From the NCBI GenBank assembly GCA_963805855.1, contig CAWDVW010000002.1:352001-416000 (forward strand): a stretch of 64,000 nucleotides of DNA, written 5' to 3'. Origin of the DNA: Candidatus Dadabacteria bacterium. GTDB lineage: Bacteria > Desulfobacterota_D > UBA1144 > Nemesobacterales > CSP1-2. Below the pieces are notes generated by a model that did not search any database, was not told the DNA's origin, and saw only the letters and a list, made by a program, of their open reading frames with translations. The position numbers were made by a program, and so were the translations under genes. Each line of letters starts with the position of its first letter. Within the stretch, counting starts at the first letter, position 1. Below, piece after piece: positions 1 through 10,452 of this stretch.

Positions 1-491
1 ACGGTCGAACCGGGAGACTTCTTATCACGATTTATCTATGGTTAAGCGGCCTATTGGAAAAACCTGTTCTGTATCTATCCTCATATCTTAAGAAGCATCA
101 ACAAATCTATTATGAACGTTTAGACGGATACCGTGTTGGAAAAGTGGAGGAGTGGGTTAATTTCTTCTTAGATGGAGTGATTGAAACGGCCCAATCTGCG
201 ATTGAGACAGTTAGACTGATCACGGTTTTGCGAGAAGAAGACATGGGGAAAATTCAGTCACTCGGTAAAACCGCTTCGGAAAGCGCAACTGCTATTTTGC
301 CAAAGTTGTTTCAACTTCCAATTGTCAATGTAGCCGTAATTCAGGAATGGACCGGGTTTACTCGCCAGGGAGCCCAAAAAGTGATTGATAGATTTGTGGA
401 TCTAGGAATATTAGAATTAAAGGATGAGAATAAAACTTACGGTCGGTCATTTATATATCGACGTTATGTTAATATTTACATAGATAAATAA
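1..491 (+). CDS. Fic family protein, C-terminal part (5' end outside window)
   Basis: Frame 3 is open from the window edge and reads GRTGRLLITIYL..., the tail of the Fic HPFxDGNGRxxR motif. It continues with LYLSSYLKKHQQIYYERL and a C-terminal winged-helix-like segment. Confidence 0.85.
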   Translation, partial: GRTGRLLITIYLWLSGLLEKPVLYLSSYLKKHQQIYYERLDGYRVGKVEEWVNFFLDGVIETAQSAIETVRLITVLREEDMGKIQSLGKTASESATAILPKLFQLPIVNVAVIQEWTGFTRQGAQKVIDRFVDLGILELKDENKTYGRSFIYRRYVNIYIDK

Positions 492-1179
492 TCACAAAAG
501 AAGCATTTTCAGATGCTTGGAAAAAGGCAACCTTGAGAAGAATCTGTTTGAAAATTGATATTAGAGCAACTCCAGAGGGAAGACAAGAGTCATATAATGA
601 AAAACGCTTTTAAAGGGTAGCGTTGTAGATGCTCAGTAATTATGTCCCTCTTTTCCAATAACGAAGAAATCTTAATTTAACAAATAGAGGAGCTGAACTT
701 TTATCTCTAAAAACCATATAATAATTTATTTAATCAAATAATTGTGTGTCTAAGTAGTGTGTTATCTTAAATTTGTGATTTTCATTCTTGAATTAAGTGA
801 TCTAAGAAACCTTTTTTTAACGAATAATGAATCACTTACTAATAAGTCGCAAAAAGTTACCGAATTAGTGAGCTAGTACAAGCGTCCCCTTTATTCTCCT
901 AGAAAGTAGATATTTTATGGGATGTCAGTGAGGGAATAGCTGGCTTAAAAAGGAGATACAAATTATCTAAGTTTATTGAAGCATGTAGCTATCACGATTA
1001 CGTGCGGCCAACATAGGTTTGACCTTTAACACCCCCAATAAACCATTCTTTCTTAATATTTGCCACCATCAATCATCTATAAAAGGAAAATGCTTAAGCG
1101 TCTTTTTGAAGCATTTCTCTCTTATATCAAACAATACTTTTCTATAATATTTTTATCTTTTACGGTTTGAAGTTTTAAA

Positions 1180-2040
1180 TTAGGATAAATCCTTCCATCC
1201 TTTTACACTTGTAATTTTTTCATATTCTTCTTTACTAAGAACTTTCCAAGGCGACTGAGCAGAGTTAATAAATGACTTTCCTTTGAAGAATGCAAATTCC
1301 TTTTTTAGTCGAAATGCAACCGAAAATGATATGAAATCCTCGCACAACATGAATAAGTTTTGCCACACAGTATTCATAAAAGTCCTTATATCCTGGTCGT
1401 TTGAATACATTGGAACTTTCAAATGCTCTTTTCCGTTTTCTATGAATGAATAGACAGCGAAATGCTCAAAATTAATACCGCCATCTAAAAAGTGGTTTAT
1501 TTTGTCTCTAGCGTTTATTGTATCATCAAGCCAAACCTCATGCAGATTTATAGTATGAATTATTCCTTTTGAATTATTTCTATATTTCTTTGGCAAGTTG
1601 TTGGATAGTGCTTTTACTACATCTTTTCCTTTTGACCCAAACGTGTATATATTCCAAACCTTTCTTCCCAATATAGGAGTCAATATCTTGACAACATAGT
1701 CTAGAGAACTCTTAAGTTGAGTCAGAAATTCATCAAACTCGAAAAACAATGCTTGAGGGTAATCGAGATAAATTACGGCATCCTCTTTTCTTATCGGTTT
1801 CTCCTTCGCAGAAGCAATCAACTCATCTTCAATTTTTATATAGTCTTGATAGTGTCCCCACACTGCAGCCAGTTTCTTACAAACCAATAAAAGAATATAG
1901 AATATTTGCTGCTTTTCCTCATCGTTGAGATCAGTGAAGTCCATCAATCTCATTACGTTTAAGTGTAATCTCTGATTTAAGATCCCATTAGGTGTAGGAT
2001 CATCAAATAATTTGCTGACCCGTAATTTTGGACTTACCAT
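1180..2040 (-). CDS. Hypothetical protein, probable HEPN-superfamily (Cthe_2314-like) RNase
   Basis: 286-aa AT-rich ORF, apparently helical, with EFLTQLKSSLD followed later by RDKINH (R-x4-H HEPN motif). Confidence 0.55.
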   Translation of the reverse strand: MVSPKLRVSKLFDDPTPNGILNQRLHLNVMRLMDFTDLNDEEKQQIFYILLLVCKKLAAVWGHYQDYIKIEDELIASAKEKPIRKEDAVIYLDYPQALFFEFDEFLTQLKSSLDYVVKILTPILGRKVWNIYTFGSKGKDVVKALSNNLPKKYRNNSKGIIHTINLHEVWLDDTINARDKINHFLDGGINFEHFAVYSFIENGKEHLKVPMYSNDQDIRTFMNTVWQNLFMLCEDFISFSVAFRLKKEFAFFKGKSFINSAQSPWKVLSKEEYEKITSVKGWKDLS

Positions 2041-2243
2041 ACTTTGAAAACGTGAAGCGAATGATTGGTTTCTTGTTCCTTAAAATTATACCTTAGTAAT
2101 TGCTTTCCATCCTACTCGGATAATCGCCCTTTCCTTGTGGAGCTTAGCAAAAAGCAATGAGAGTCGCACGTTCACGGGCTGCTGTTGTCTAAACTCTAAA
2201 TTTAATTGCAAAGCAATGAATGGTCAGGAAGATCCTTTCTTCT

Positions 2244-2459
2244 TTATGAGCCTTTCCAATTTATTGAAGGCTTGATTTTATTCCGAGCACAGCTTCTCAG
2301 GTAGAGATTTATCAATTTTTGATAGGGAATATCTGTCTCTGCCGCAATCTTTTTAAAATATTCGATAGTTTCTGTTTCCAGACGAATCGTAATCTGTTTT
2401 TTGAGTTTTTTCGTATACGGGTTTTTTACGGATTTGGAAAAATCATATTCTTTTCTCAT
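2244..2459 (-). CDS. brnA: BrnA family antitoxin
   Basis: MRKEYDFS...KQITIRL...IEYFK...IPYQKLINLYL pattern, directly downstream of BrnT. Start placed at the second Met (2459); the ORF track starts at 2477. Confidence 0.85.
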   Translation of the reverse strand: MRKEYDFSKSVKNPYTKKLKKQITIRLETETIEYFKKIAAETDIPYQKLINLYLRSCARNKIKPSINWKGS

Positions 2460-2460
2460 T

Positions 2461-2751
2461 TTATTTTTTCCCTTCATATAAATTTGTTTCGTTCTTTGTT
2501 GCTTTCCTGGCAGATATAATCCTTACGACTTTTTCTTTTTCCCCATAAATATGAACAACTACCAACATTCGAAGTTTGTCGCTTAAACCCAACAAAATGA
2601 AACGATCTTCCTCCAGAGAATGGTCTGGATCGACAATTAGTCTGGCGTTATCATCATAAAAAACACTTTCCGCCTCCTCAAAAGAAACTTTATGCTTTTT
2701 CTCATTCTTGCGATTCTTGTTATCGTCCCATTCGAATTTGATTCCGCTCAT
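2461..2751 (-). CDS. brnT: BrnT family toxin (RNase)
   Basis: FEWDxxKNxxNxxKHxVSFEEA...EDRF...RIISARKAT signature. Confidence 0.92.
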   Translation of the reverse strand: MSGIKFEWDDNKNRKNEKKHKVSFEEAESVFYDDNARLIVDPDHSLEEDRFILLGLSDKLRMLVVVHIYGEKEKVVRIISARKATKNETNLYEGKK

Positions 2752-2901
2752 AATTATATCATAATTATTTTAGCAATATGAAAGTGCCGGGTGCCCGGGA
2801 TGCAAGTTGGGGCAACAAAAACCGGGGGGGATGTCGACAATGTATATCCGGCTGCGAGGTTTGTGCAACATGCCGTTGAGACTTAAAGAAAGCGTAAGAC
2901 G

Positions 2902-3141
2902 CTAAATTTTAAAATCTCTCTGAGCGTCTTCAGGGGTTATTTGAATCAACTCTGGTGGACCGCCGCCATGTCCGTCTGCATATGGAAAGTATTCTTTCCA
3001 GAAAGTATTGGTAATTGGACACTGGTACAATGTTTCCCAATTGTCAAAATTGACCACGATTTCCTTAAGGTGGGATCTGGCATAACTCTTCGCTTCAGCG
3101 CCGTGGATAAATTTTATGTCCTTACATTTACACTCATTCAT
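2902..3141 (-). CDS. Imm27-like immunity protein
   Basis: WETLYxCP...W...HGGGPPxL motif. Its start overlaps the toxin stop by 4 bp (ATGA). Confidence 0.75.
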   Translation of the reverse strand: MNECKCKDIKFIHGAEAKSYARSHLKEIVVNFDNWETLYQCPITNTFWKEYFPYADGHGGGPPELIQITPEDAQRDFKI

Positions 3142-4742
3142 GGTACCACTCTAATAGTGAGATTCTTAGTCTCCGCACGCCGTAGGTTGGGCACTACAAA
3201 CTCTCTTGCTCCCCCTTTAGTCAATCCTCGTCCAACGAAACCAGGATTCTTCCGAAGGATTGGTGAAGCAATACCAGTCGGTGTCTCGAATTCGAAAATT
3301 GCAAATGGCCCTGGAACTAAATTTCCAGACTCATCAATTAACGTCAAGCGTTTAGCAAGATCCGTCGAGTTAGTTATATCTGCAATGTCATCGGCTGCTG
3401 TCACAAATACGTCATATACACCAGGACGGCCAAGTGTTGGTGCATTTGTATATTTAATGTCAACTACACGGGCGACTCTTGATGGTACGGGATTGTTAAT
3501 TCTAGTTTTAGTTAGGAGGGCCTTACCCAAACTCTTTGACATAACCGCGGTCTCAAGTGCTATCGGTCCGGGAATGGCACCTGATAATATTGCTCTTGGG
3601 TCTACCGGTAAGACAATATCAAGTAGAAAATCCGGAACGAAATCGAGTTTGTTACGTATACGATTATTACGTTCTATCTGCCCTCCAAAATCGACTACCT
3701 GCGCCCCATCGGGATCTACATATTTCAAAGGATTGTTCTGTACATACGCATACCGATTCCAGCTCTGGGGATCGGATGGGTCAGCTCCGGCGGGATCAAC
3801 GGACATGAATCGCCCAATGTCTGGGTTGTGGTATCTAGCTCCGTAGTAATAAAGCCCAGTTGCAGCCTCTAGTTCTTTCGCAGTGTATTGATGTGTGTTT
3901 TCTGTAGCCCCGGCTCCTGTGAAAGTCCCTCCATAAGGCAGATACATCCTGTCCCACACCTTCGTTGTCTCCTGATCCGTCAAACCAATCGTTGACCCAA
4001 GGTGATCGGGGTGATAAAAGGTCTTACTCACAGGAGCACCGGCGCCGTCAAAGTTTATCCGCGCTATATTCCTGCTTCCCGCATATATGTAATCAAACTT
4101 CGGAACCCCCGCCCCGCTCAATTCGGTCAGAACATTCAGCCCCACTCCATATGCAAAGATTGTGGTCTCCCCATTTATCGTCTGGCTTATCCTTCTGCCG
4201 TCTCCATCATAGCCGTAGGTGATTACATCGGCTCCATTCGTTACCTCTGTAAGCCTGTTCTCTGAATCGTATGTGTACGTGAATGTTCCATCACCTATTA
4301 TGTTTCCGTTCGCGTCGTATGAAAATCCGCCGAGACGATTGTCAGACGTCCCGTACGTGTAGCTTATGTTCTGACCGTTTATGTCCTTGCTCGTCCGGTT
4401 TCCCATTGAATCATATGTGAAAGCTCCGGCCCCCCAGGGCCCGTCTGCCACAGTTAATCTATCCAGGCTGTCATACTGCATGGAGCAGTTATTCTGTGGA
4501 TCCATGTAGTCGGTAATGCTGTCAACATTGCCGACTCCATCGTAGAAGTACTCGAGGTCTATGAATGGTATTGGTGTGAACTGGGCATAGGCATTCGATG
4601 CAAAGAGCACCGAAATAAGGATTAATATCAAGGAATCAATACAGGATGACATCCGACCTAACATTGAATTGCCCTTTGACCTCCTATCGCCCCATGTTTT
4701 TTTCAGATGGTTCGCGTCATGCTCGATATTAAACAACTGCAC
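3138..4742 (-). CDS. Short RHS repeat-associated core protein with C-terminal Ntox10-like toxin domain
   Basis: YD repeats, RHS core (TGLYYYGARY...GRFMSVDP...NRYAYVQNNPLKYVDPDG) and a toxin tip NPVPSRVARV...VFVTAADDI...GGAREFVVPN. The real start is probably 4664 or 4652, giving a signal peptide ending in AYA. Confidence 0.88.
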   Translation of the reverse strand: MQLFNIEHDANHLKKTWGDRRSKGNSMLGRMSSCIDSLILILISVLFASNAYAQFTPIPFIDLEYFYDGVGNVDSITDYMDPQNNCSMQYDSLDRLTVADGPWGAGAFTYDSMGNRTSKDINGQNISYTYGTSDNRLGGFSYDANGNIIGDGTFTYTYDSENRLTEVTNGADVITYGYDGDGRRISQTINGETTIFAYGVGLNVLTELSGAGVPKFDYIYAGSRNIARINFDGAGAPVSKTFYHPDHLGSTIGLTDQETTKVWDRMYLPYGGTFTGAGATENTHQYTAKELEAATGLYYYGARYHNPDIGRFMSVDPAGADPSDPQSWNRYAYVQNNPLKYVDPDGAQVVDFGGQIERNNRIRNKLDFVPDFLLDIVLPVDPRAILSGAIPGPIALETAVMSKSLGKALLTKTRINNPVPSRVARVVDIKYTNAPTLGRPGVYDVFVTAADDIADITNSTDLAKRLTLIDESGNLVPGPFAIFEFETPTGIASPILRKNPGFVGRGLTKGGAREFVVPNLRRAETKNLTIRVVP

Positions 4743-4815
4743 TAATATCTCCTTTTCTATACCACTAAGTATACGCCCAATTCTATCGTGAGTGTTTAAG
4801 TAAATTTATTCTTTA

Positions 4816-5058
4816 CTTCTTTGGCTTGATACAAAGAAGCAAAAATCAAGGGCTGACAAAAAACGCTTGCGTATCGAGCGAATGCGAGATATCTATTGCT
4901 ATAATTAATTAGTTCTCTCAGTCACTTTGTTCCTTCGAGATGACAGTAATGATTGTCACTTTTTTTAACGCTTCCGGAATTGATTTTGGCAATTTTTTGA
5001 ATGCCCATTTAAAATCTAAGATGCTGCCCCCAAATTATGTAACATCTACAGCAATGAC
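4816..5058. repeat. About 243-bp dispersed repeat, copy 1
   Basis: Near-identical to 15356-15598 in direct orientation (offset 10,540 bp). Confidence 0.92.
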
Positions 5059-5173
5059 GGAATGGGAAAACTGGATTCCCGCTAAAACCTGTACTCGAAT
5101 GTCTTGATCGGGTAATCCGCGGGAATGACAGGATGGGCTAGGTTCGTAATGAAGGCAGGAAGTTTTCCCAAAC

Positions 5174-6481
5174 CTATTTTTCCGGTGGTGTGGACTGCTT
5201 CGGTCTCACCAGGAACTTTAGCTGTACGATATCCCTGGGAAGGAACATGTCGAAGAACCAGTCAATGGCAACCCTGAATTTCCTATCCCAACCCGGTATC
5301 TTCGAAAGGTAGATCGATCGCCACATAAACCATGCTACAAACCCGGAGAACTTTAACCCCAATATTTCGGCTACTGCCGACCTGTGACCAAGCGGCGCAA
5401 GCATTCCCATGGCCTTGTATTTAAAAGGCTTCCTGCCCTTTTCTTTCCCCTTAATAGCCGCAGCAATATTTAAAGCCACGCGTTTGCCCTCACGAGTCGC
5501 GTGCTGTGCGGTGGGGGGATACGGTTTACCGGTCTGCGGGTCGGGTATCTGTGCGCAGTCACCGAGAGCCCAAACACCCGGGAAGTTAGGTACCTCCATG
5601 TATGCGTTGACTTCTATCCTTCCCCTCTCGTTAGCGCAGGGGAGTTTTCCAACAGCAGGCTGGGATGCCGTTCCAGCAGCCCAGATCGGGGTTTTTGTCT
5701 CCACAAAATTACCATCCTCAAATTCAACCCTGTCGGGCGTAACCGCCTTGACCCTGGTTTGCAATAAAAATTCCATCCCCCTTTTTCGGAGTAAGTTAAG
5801 GCCATAATCTGCCAACCCCTCGCTCATCTCGTGCATGATCCGAGTCCCTGGATCCACCACCAATACCTTGACTTCATCAGGACGAATAGTTCTGTAGAAC
5901 CTTTGACTCGATTCCACAAAATCATTGAGCTCGGCTGCTACTTCGATCCCGGTATATCCCCCACCAACAACCACGAATGTCAAAAGCTTACGTCGCAACT
6001 CAGTATCTTTCTCCAGATCAGCATATTCAAACATATCGATAACGTGGCTTCTAAGAATCATAGCATCGGAAAGACTCTTTAGTGGGAATGAATACTCTTC
6101 CGCTCCGGGAGCCCCATGATAACCCGTCGCGGAGCCCAAGGCTATAATAAGATAATCATAAGCAATCTCAAACAACTCGCCGGAACGATGATGAAATCCC
6201 GTTACCGTTTTTTTCTCCAAGTCTATGTTCTGTATCTCGAGTTCTTTGAAAGATGCTTTCTCAAGGCATTCTCGTATGGGTATTACTACGTGTTTGGCAT
6301 CAATACTGCTTGCAACAACCTCTGCAAGCATCGAAGCAAAAACCAGGTAATTATTATCATTAATCAGCGTTATCTCAACATCGTCGTCATCAGAGAAAGT
6401 CTTCTCAAGCTGCTGAGCAGCGTCAAGCCCCGCAAAGCCGCCCCCTAATATAAGGATTCTTTTGGATCCATTGTCGGTCAT
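5174..6481 (-). CDS. ndh: Type II NADH:quinone oxidoreductase
   Basis: GGGFAG and GGGYTGIEVAAE dinucleotide-binding motifs, plus WALGDCA and PPTAQHA. Confidence 0.88.
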   Translation of the reverse strand: MTDNGSKRILILGGGFAGLDAAQQLEKTFSDDDDVEITLINDNNYLVFASMLAEVVASSIDAKHVVIPIRECLEKASFKELEIQNIDLEKKTVTGFHHRSGELFEIAYDYLIIALGSATGYHGAPGAEEYSFPLKSLSDAMILRSHVIDMFEYADLEKDTELRRKLLTFVVVGGGYTGIEVAAELNDFVESSQRFYRTIRPDEVKVLVVDPGTRIMHEMSEGLADYGLNLLRKRGMEFLLQTRVKAVTPDRVEFEDGNFVETKTPIWAAGTASQPAVGKLPCANERGRIEVNAYMEVPNFPGVWALGDCAQIPDPQTGKPYPPTAQHATREGKRVALNIAAAIKGKEKGRKPFKYKAMGMLAPLGHRSAVAEILGLKFSGFVAWFMWRSIYLSKIPGWDRKFRVAIDWFFDMFLPRDIVQLKFLVRPKQSTPPEK

Positions 6482-6680
6482 TTAAAATCCCCCTCATTTG
6501 TCTATGATTCAAACCGGAAGCCGCAATTACTAACTGAATTTTCGGTAAAAGCGAAAAAGTTTTAATCTCATTCTTCCATGAATCGAGTATGTTTGTCAAT
6601 AATAAGGACCATGGTATTGCAGTTGGTATGATTTCCCCCGGAAGAGGGATATCAGCACATAAGCAAACAGTCTATACTAG

Positions 6681-6801
6681 GTCGTTACGAGGAGGCAAAC
6701 GACGAAGCAATCTCCCGCTCCATCGGCAGAGTGTTTCGTTATGAATGGTGTCATAGCATTAAAGTAGCAGATTGCTTCGGGATAAAACTCCTCACAATGA
6801 C
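6681..6801. repeat. Palindromic intergenic element (GAAGCAATCT...AGATTGCTTC type)
   Basis: Inverted arms gtcgttacgagg...cgaagcaatct and agattgcttcg...ctcacaatgac. A related fragment lies near 55770-55860. Confidence 0.6.
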
Positions 6802-7056
6802 GGAATTGGGAAGCCATTGACGCTGGTTGTCTCATTGGCCTTCCAACAATCGCGTCAAGAAAATGACAATAACTATCGTCATCTAGCCTTTGCTCGATAT
6901 GACAGGGTTTGGACAGCCTTGTCCTGAACTAAGTCGAATGAGACGAGGAAGCACTAAAATTCACGCTTAGCTCGCGAAGTGTCCATTCAGCGAGAATATG
7001 ATCATAATGATTATGATAATCGTCTAGCAGGCTACAGAGAATAACGAAGCCAACAA

Positions 7057-8577
7057 CTAATCTCCAACATTTAAGCCGATGAACAATGTGTTTCCTCCCC
7101 TATTAACTAGAAAGAGAGCAGAACCACCCTCTTTAACCTCATCCATCGCACTCCGATAATCATCCAAAGTTTTAATCGACTTTTTGTTAATTTCTAAAAT
7201 TACATCCCCGGGCCGAAGACCCGCTTCTGCGGCTACGCTACCAGCCTCAACATTTGTGATAACGACGCCCGTACTCTCTCCGAGATTAAATTGCGAAGCG
7301 ATTCGGGGAGTGATTTCATTCGCTGTTATCCCCATTTCCTCTTTGATTTCTTCCTCCTTAGATTCCGAAACGTTTTCTGGTAGTTTTCCCAGAGTGACCT
7401 TAAAATCGCTTTCCTTACCGTTCCTCAAAACCTTTACATCTGCTTCTGATCCAGGGGCCAATTGAGCAACCATACTGGTCAGTTCAGTAAGCTCATCAAC
7501 CTTAGTACCATTAAGATCCACGATAATATCACCTCTTTTGATACCCGCCTTATCGGCAGGACCACCCGGTGTTACATCCGAAACCAATATCCCCTTTACA
7601 TCCTTTAACCCTAATCCTTCTGCAATTTCAGGGGTTATCTGCTGAATCAAAACGCCCAGCCATCCGCGAACGACTGTTCCAGTCTCCTTCAATTGATCAA
7701 TAACAGATTTTGCCAGATTAATGGGAATCGCAAACCCTATCCCTTGCCCGCTATAAACTATAGCCGTGTTCACACCCACAACGTCTCCCTCCAGATTAAA
7801 TAAAGGTCCTCCGCTATTTCCGGGATTGATAGGGGCATCCGTTTGGATAAAATCGTCATAGCTTCCCATTCCAAGAACTCTACCCTCAGCACTTACGATA
7901 CCTGCTGTGACTGTGTGACCCAGACCAAACGGGTTACCTATTGCTATCACCCAGTCACCTATACGCAACTTTTCTGAATCTCCAAATGTTACGGCCTGCA
8001 ACTTCTTTTTGGGCTCTATTTTGATAAGCGCAAGATCCGTTTTTGGATCCTTACCAATAATTTCGGCCTTGTATTTTTCTCCATTTTCAAAAATGACTTC
8101 TATATCATCGGCTTTTTCAACCACATGGTTGTTGGTAACAACGTAACCATCCTCGCTTATAATGAAGCCTGAACCAAGTCCCTTTTGTTTAAATTCCCTC
8201 TGAGGCATTTGGCCGAAAAATTTTTCAAAAAATTCACCAAAGGGGTCATCCTTTCCAAAGGGCGACTTCCCAAAGGGTGAAGGATGCCGTCCCCCGCCCC
8301 GTACTGTGCCAGTAGTGCTTATATTGACAACAGATGGCTTTAGTTTTTCAACCAGGTCCGCAAAAGAAGGAAGCTCTTCAACCCTGACCATATCAGCCTG
8401 ACTTTTGGATTCTACACCCTTTGGTTGTTGTTCCTCATTCTTACCGCCTTCTAGGTTTACCGATTCCTGAACCTCGCTCTTCTGAGTTGATTTTTCTCTG
8501 TCAACCTTCTCACATCCCGAGAATATCATCATGACAAATAATGGAACAATTAGTCCAAACATTAATATCCGGGTCAT
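7057..8577 (-). CDS. degQ: DegQ/HtrA family serine endoprotease with two PDZ domains, likely lipoprotein
   Basis: TNNHVV, DLAL and GNSGGPL catalytic triad motifs, two PDZ domains, and an FSGC lipobox. Confidence 0.92.
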   Translation of the reverse strand: MTRILMFGLIVPLFVMMIFSGCEKVDREKSTQKSEVQESVNLEGGKNEEQQPKGVESKSQADMVRVEELPSFADLVEKLKPSVVNISTTGTVRGGGRHPSPFGKSPFGKDDPFGEFFEKFFGQMPQREFKQKGLGSGFIISEDGYVVTNNHVVEKADDIEVIFENGEKYKAEIIGKDPKTDLALIKIEPKKKLQAVTFGDSEKLRIGDWVIAIGNPFGLGHTVTAGIVSAEGRVLGMGSYDDFIQTDAPINPGNSGGPLFNLEGDVVGVNTAIVYSGQGIGFAIPINLAKSVIDQLKETGTVVRGWLGVLIQQITPEIAEGLGLKDVKGILVSDVTPGGPADKAGIKRGDIIVDLNGTKVDELTELTSMVAQLAPGSEADVKVLRNGKESDFKVTLGKLPENVSESKEEEIKEEMGITANEITPRIASQFNLGESTGVVITNVEAGSVAAEAGLRPGDVILEINKKSIKTLDDYRSAMDEVKEGGSALFLVNRGGNTLFIGLNVGD

Positions 8578-8695
8578 TAAAACTCCCTCCTTAAATCTCT
8601 GAATTAAGAATAATATAGTGTTAAAAACTGATTAGGCAAGTAAATCATGCCTTTTGCCATACAGGTCACACTCGATCAATAATTCAATAAGCATC

Positions 8696-9532
8696 TTATT
8701 TGAAGAACAGCAATATACCTAGCGGAATAAGGTTCAATGACCAGTGTGAAATCACAGAGGGCCATATAGAATGCGACCGAATCGTCATATAAGCGATCGC
8801 AATCCCGCCTGGAAGAGAAAGCATAAGCTCGAGATCGTTCTTACCGAGGTGAATCATTCTAAAGACAGCTCCAGATGCCACAATGGCAAACAGGGAAACC
8901 CAGGTGAGACCAAACCAGTCGAGGATACGATTGCTACCGGCATTCGCCGACCTCTGCGCCAACCCAAACCATCGGAGACCCTTTTCAATAAAATTCCCCT
9001 CAACCGGTTCAAAACTTATATCACTCGGCAAGCGCCGCCCCGGGAGCATCAAAGCTGTGCAGACCCCCGTCACCAGAAAATGCTCAGGAATCATGGATAG
9101 TAGAGTCATTATGTACTCCGGGCTGAGAGGGTTTTGACCGGTATCGTAATTTTTGCTGTTCAGTAGTACTATACCAAAGGGTATAGAAACCGCTATTCCT
9201 AATATTATCATCCTCAAGCCAAGGGTATTGGGCATTCCCATCCCAACATCAGTTAATTTTAGCCCCCTCAGATACAGGAGTGATGCAGGAACAATCATGC
9301 CCAAGACCACCCAAACCACTAGCCATAACGCGACTATCTGATCGTTCTCGTTCCATAATGTAAGAACGTGATCCACCCACCACGGCTTTAAGAATGCGCT
9401 CACTCCCCAAAAAGACCAAACAAAAACCAGTATGACGAAAAGAATCAGGAATGTGGTTAGCCAGCCGAGAAATGTATGCCCGACCCTGCCCCCAGTAATA
9501 TCCCTTTTGCAAGATTTTAAACCCTTTTTCAA
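8696..9532 (-). CDS. CPBP (CAAX/Abi) family intramembrane protease-like protein
   Basis: Multi-TM protein with PEHF, FRMIH and SIWPSVISHWSLN, resembling degenerate CPBP motifs. Confidence 0.6.
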   Translation of the reverse strand: MKKGLKSCKRDITGGRVGHTFLGWLTTFLILFVILVFVWSFWGVSAFLKPWWVDHVLTLWNENDQIVALWLVVWVVLGMIVPASLLYLRGLKLTDVGMGMPNTLGLRMIILGIAVSIPFGIVLLNSKNYDTGQNPLSPEYIMTLLSMIPEHFLVTGVCTALMLPGRRLPSDISFEPVEGNFIEKGLRWFGLAQRSANAGSNRILDWFGLTWVSLFAIVASGAVFRMIHLGKNDLELMLSLPGGIAIAYMTIRSHSIWPSVISHWSLNLIPLGILLFFK

Positions 9533-9557
9533 TTTTATGTGTCTACTTGTGGACTTA

Positions 9558-10280
9558 TCAACGCTTATAAGGTCTTATCACCGCTCGAGCAGGAGCTCCG
9601 TCACCCTTTTCTATTTTCATGGGTAGACAAATTAGGTCGTAATTTCCCTGCTTAACCCCCGACAGGTCGAGCCCCTCTATAATCCAGATACCGCACTTCA
9701 GAAGCACCTGATGAACTTGATTGATGTTTTTATTATATCCGCCTACCGAAAGATAATCGACACCGATTGTCCGAACCTTCCTATCGACAAGATATTTCAA
9801 AGAATCCGTCGAGATATATACAAAATCTTCCACAAATTCGTCGCTCTTCCAACAGCGTTCCGAGTTTAGAGTCTTGAAAAGTATTCTCTCACCCTTACGA
9901 ATACGATGGAGGCGTAGTTCCTCGGGTTTTATGGATTCGGTGTCCACTATTTCTATAACGCGGGCTTTCCCAATCACTGCCGAAAGTGGAAGATCGTGTA
10001 TTGCAGCACCTGATTTAACAAAATGATATGGGGAATCAATGTGCGTGCCGGTATGTGAGCTCATAAAGACAGTCGAGACGTTGCAGTCGTCACCGCTCTC
10101 TATCTTGAGCATCCTCTCAATCTTCACGTCGGGGTCGCCGGGCCAATGGACCATGCCGCTTCGAAGCGTTACAGACACGTCAATCCAGCCATAACCTGAT
10201 AGAAAGCCATTAAGACTAGCCATCTTGCTCGAAGAATATTTAGAAATTTGAAGCTCCCGAGATTTATTTATATCAGTCAA
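9558..10280 (-). CDS. Cyclase family protein (kynurenine formamidase-like)
   Basis: HTGTHIDSPYHF motif, IGVDYLS, and GDGAPARA. Confidence 0.9.
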   Translation of the reverse strand: MTDINKSRELQISKYSSSKMASLNGFLSGYGWIDVSVTLRSGMVHWPGDPDVKIERMLKIESGDDCNVSTVFMSSHTGTHIDSPYHFVKSGAAIHDLPLSAVIGKARVIEIVDTESIKPEELRLHRIRKGERILFKTLNSERCWKSDEFVEDFVYISTDSLKYLVDRKVRTIGVDYLSVGGYNKNINQVHQVLLKCGIWIIEGLDLSGVKQGNYDLICLPMKIEKGDGAPARAVIRPYKR

Positions 10281-10452
10281 AACTTAGAACTTCAACACAA
10301 TATTAACGTAGTTATGATAAAGATCTTAGCTACCAAATAGTTCACTATTCTGATGCCACTTTCAATCTATCATGGAGATGGACTAATCACACTATGGGCG
10401 GTGCCACCCCATTTCCCTACAGCCGCTCACTCAAATTGACTATCACTTACCT

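Noticed and set aside
2130-2890. Possible integron attC sites flanking brnTA
   Set aside because: The spacers are GC-richer and faintly attC-like, but I could not find matched RYYYAAC/GTTRRRY boxes with proper pairing, and there is no IntI in the window. IntegronFinder would decide.
2941-3846. 301-aa plus-strand ORF
   Set aside because: It is antisense to the well-supported RHS toxin and immunity genes and has no recognisable motif, so it is a shadow ORF.
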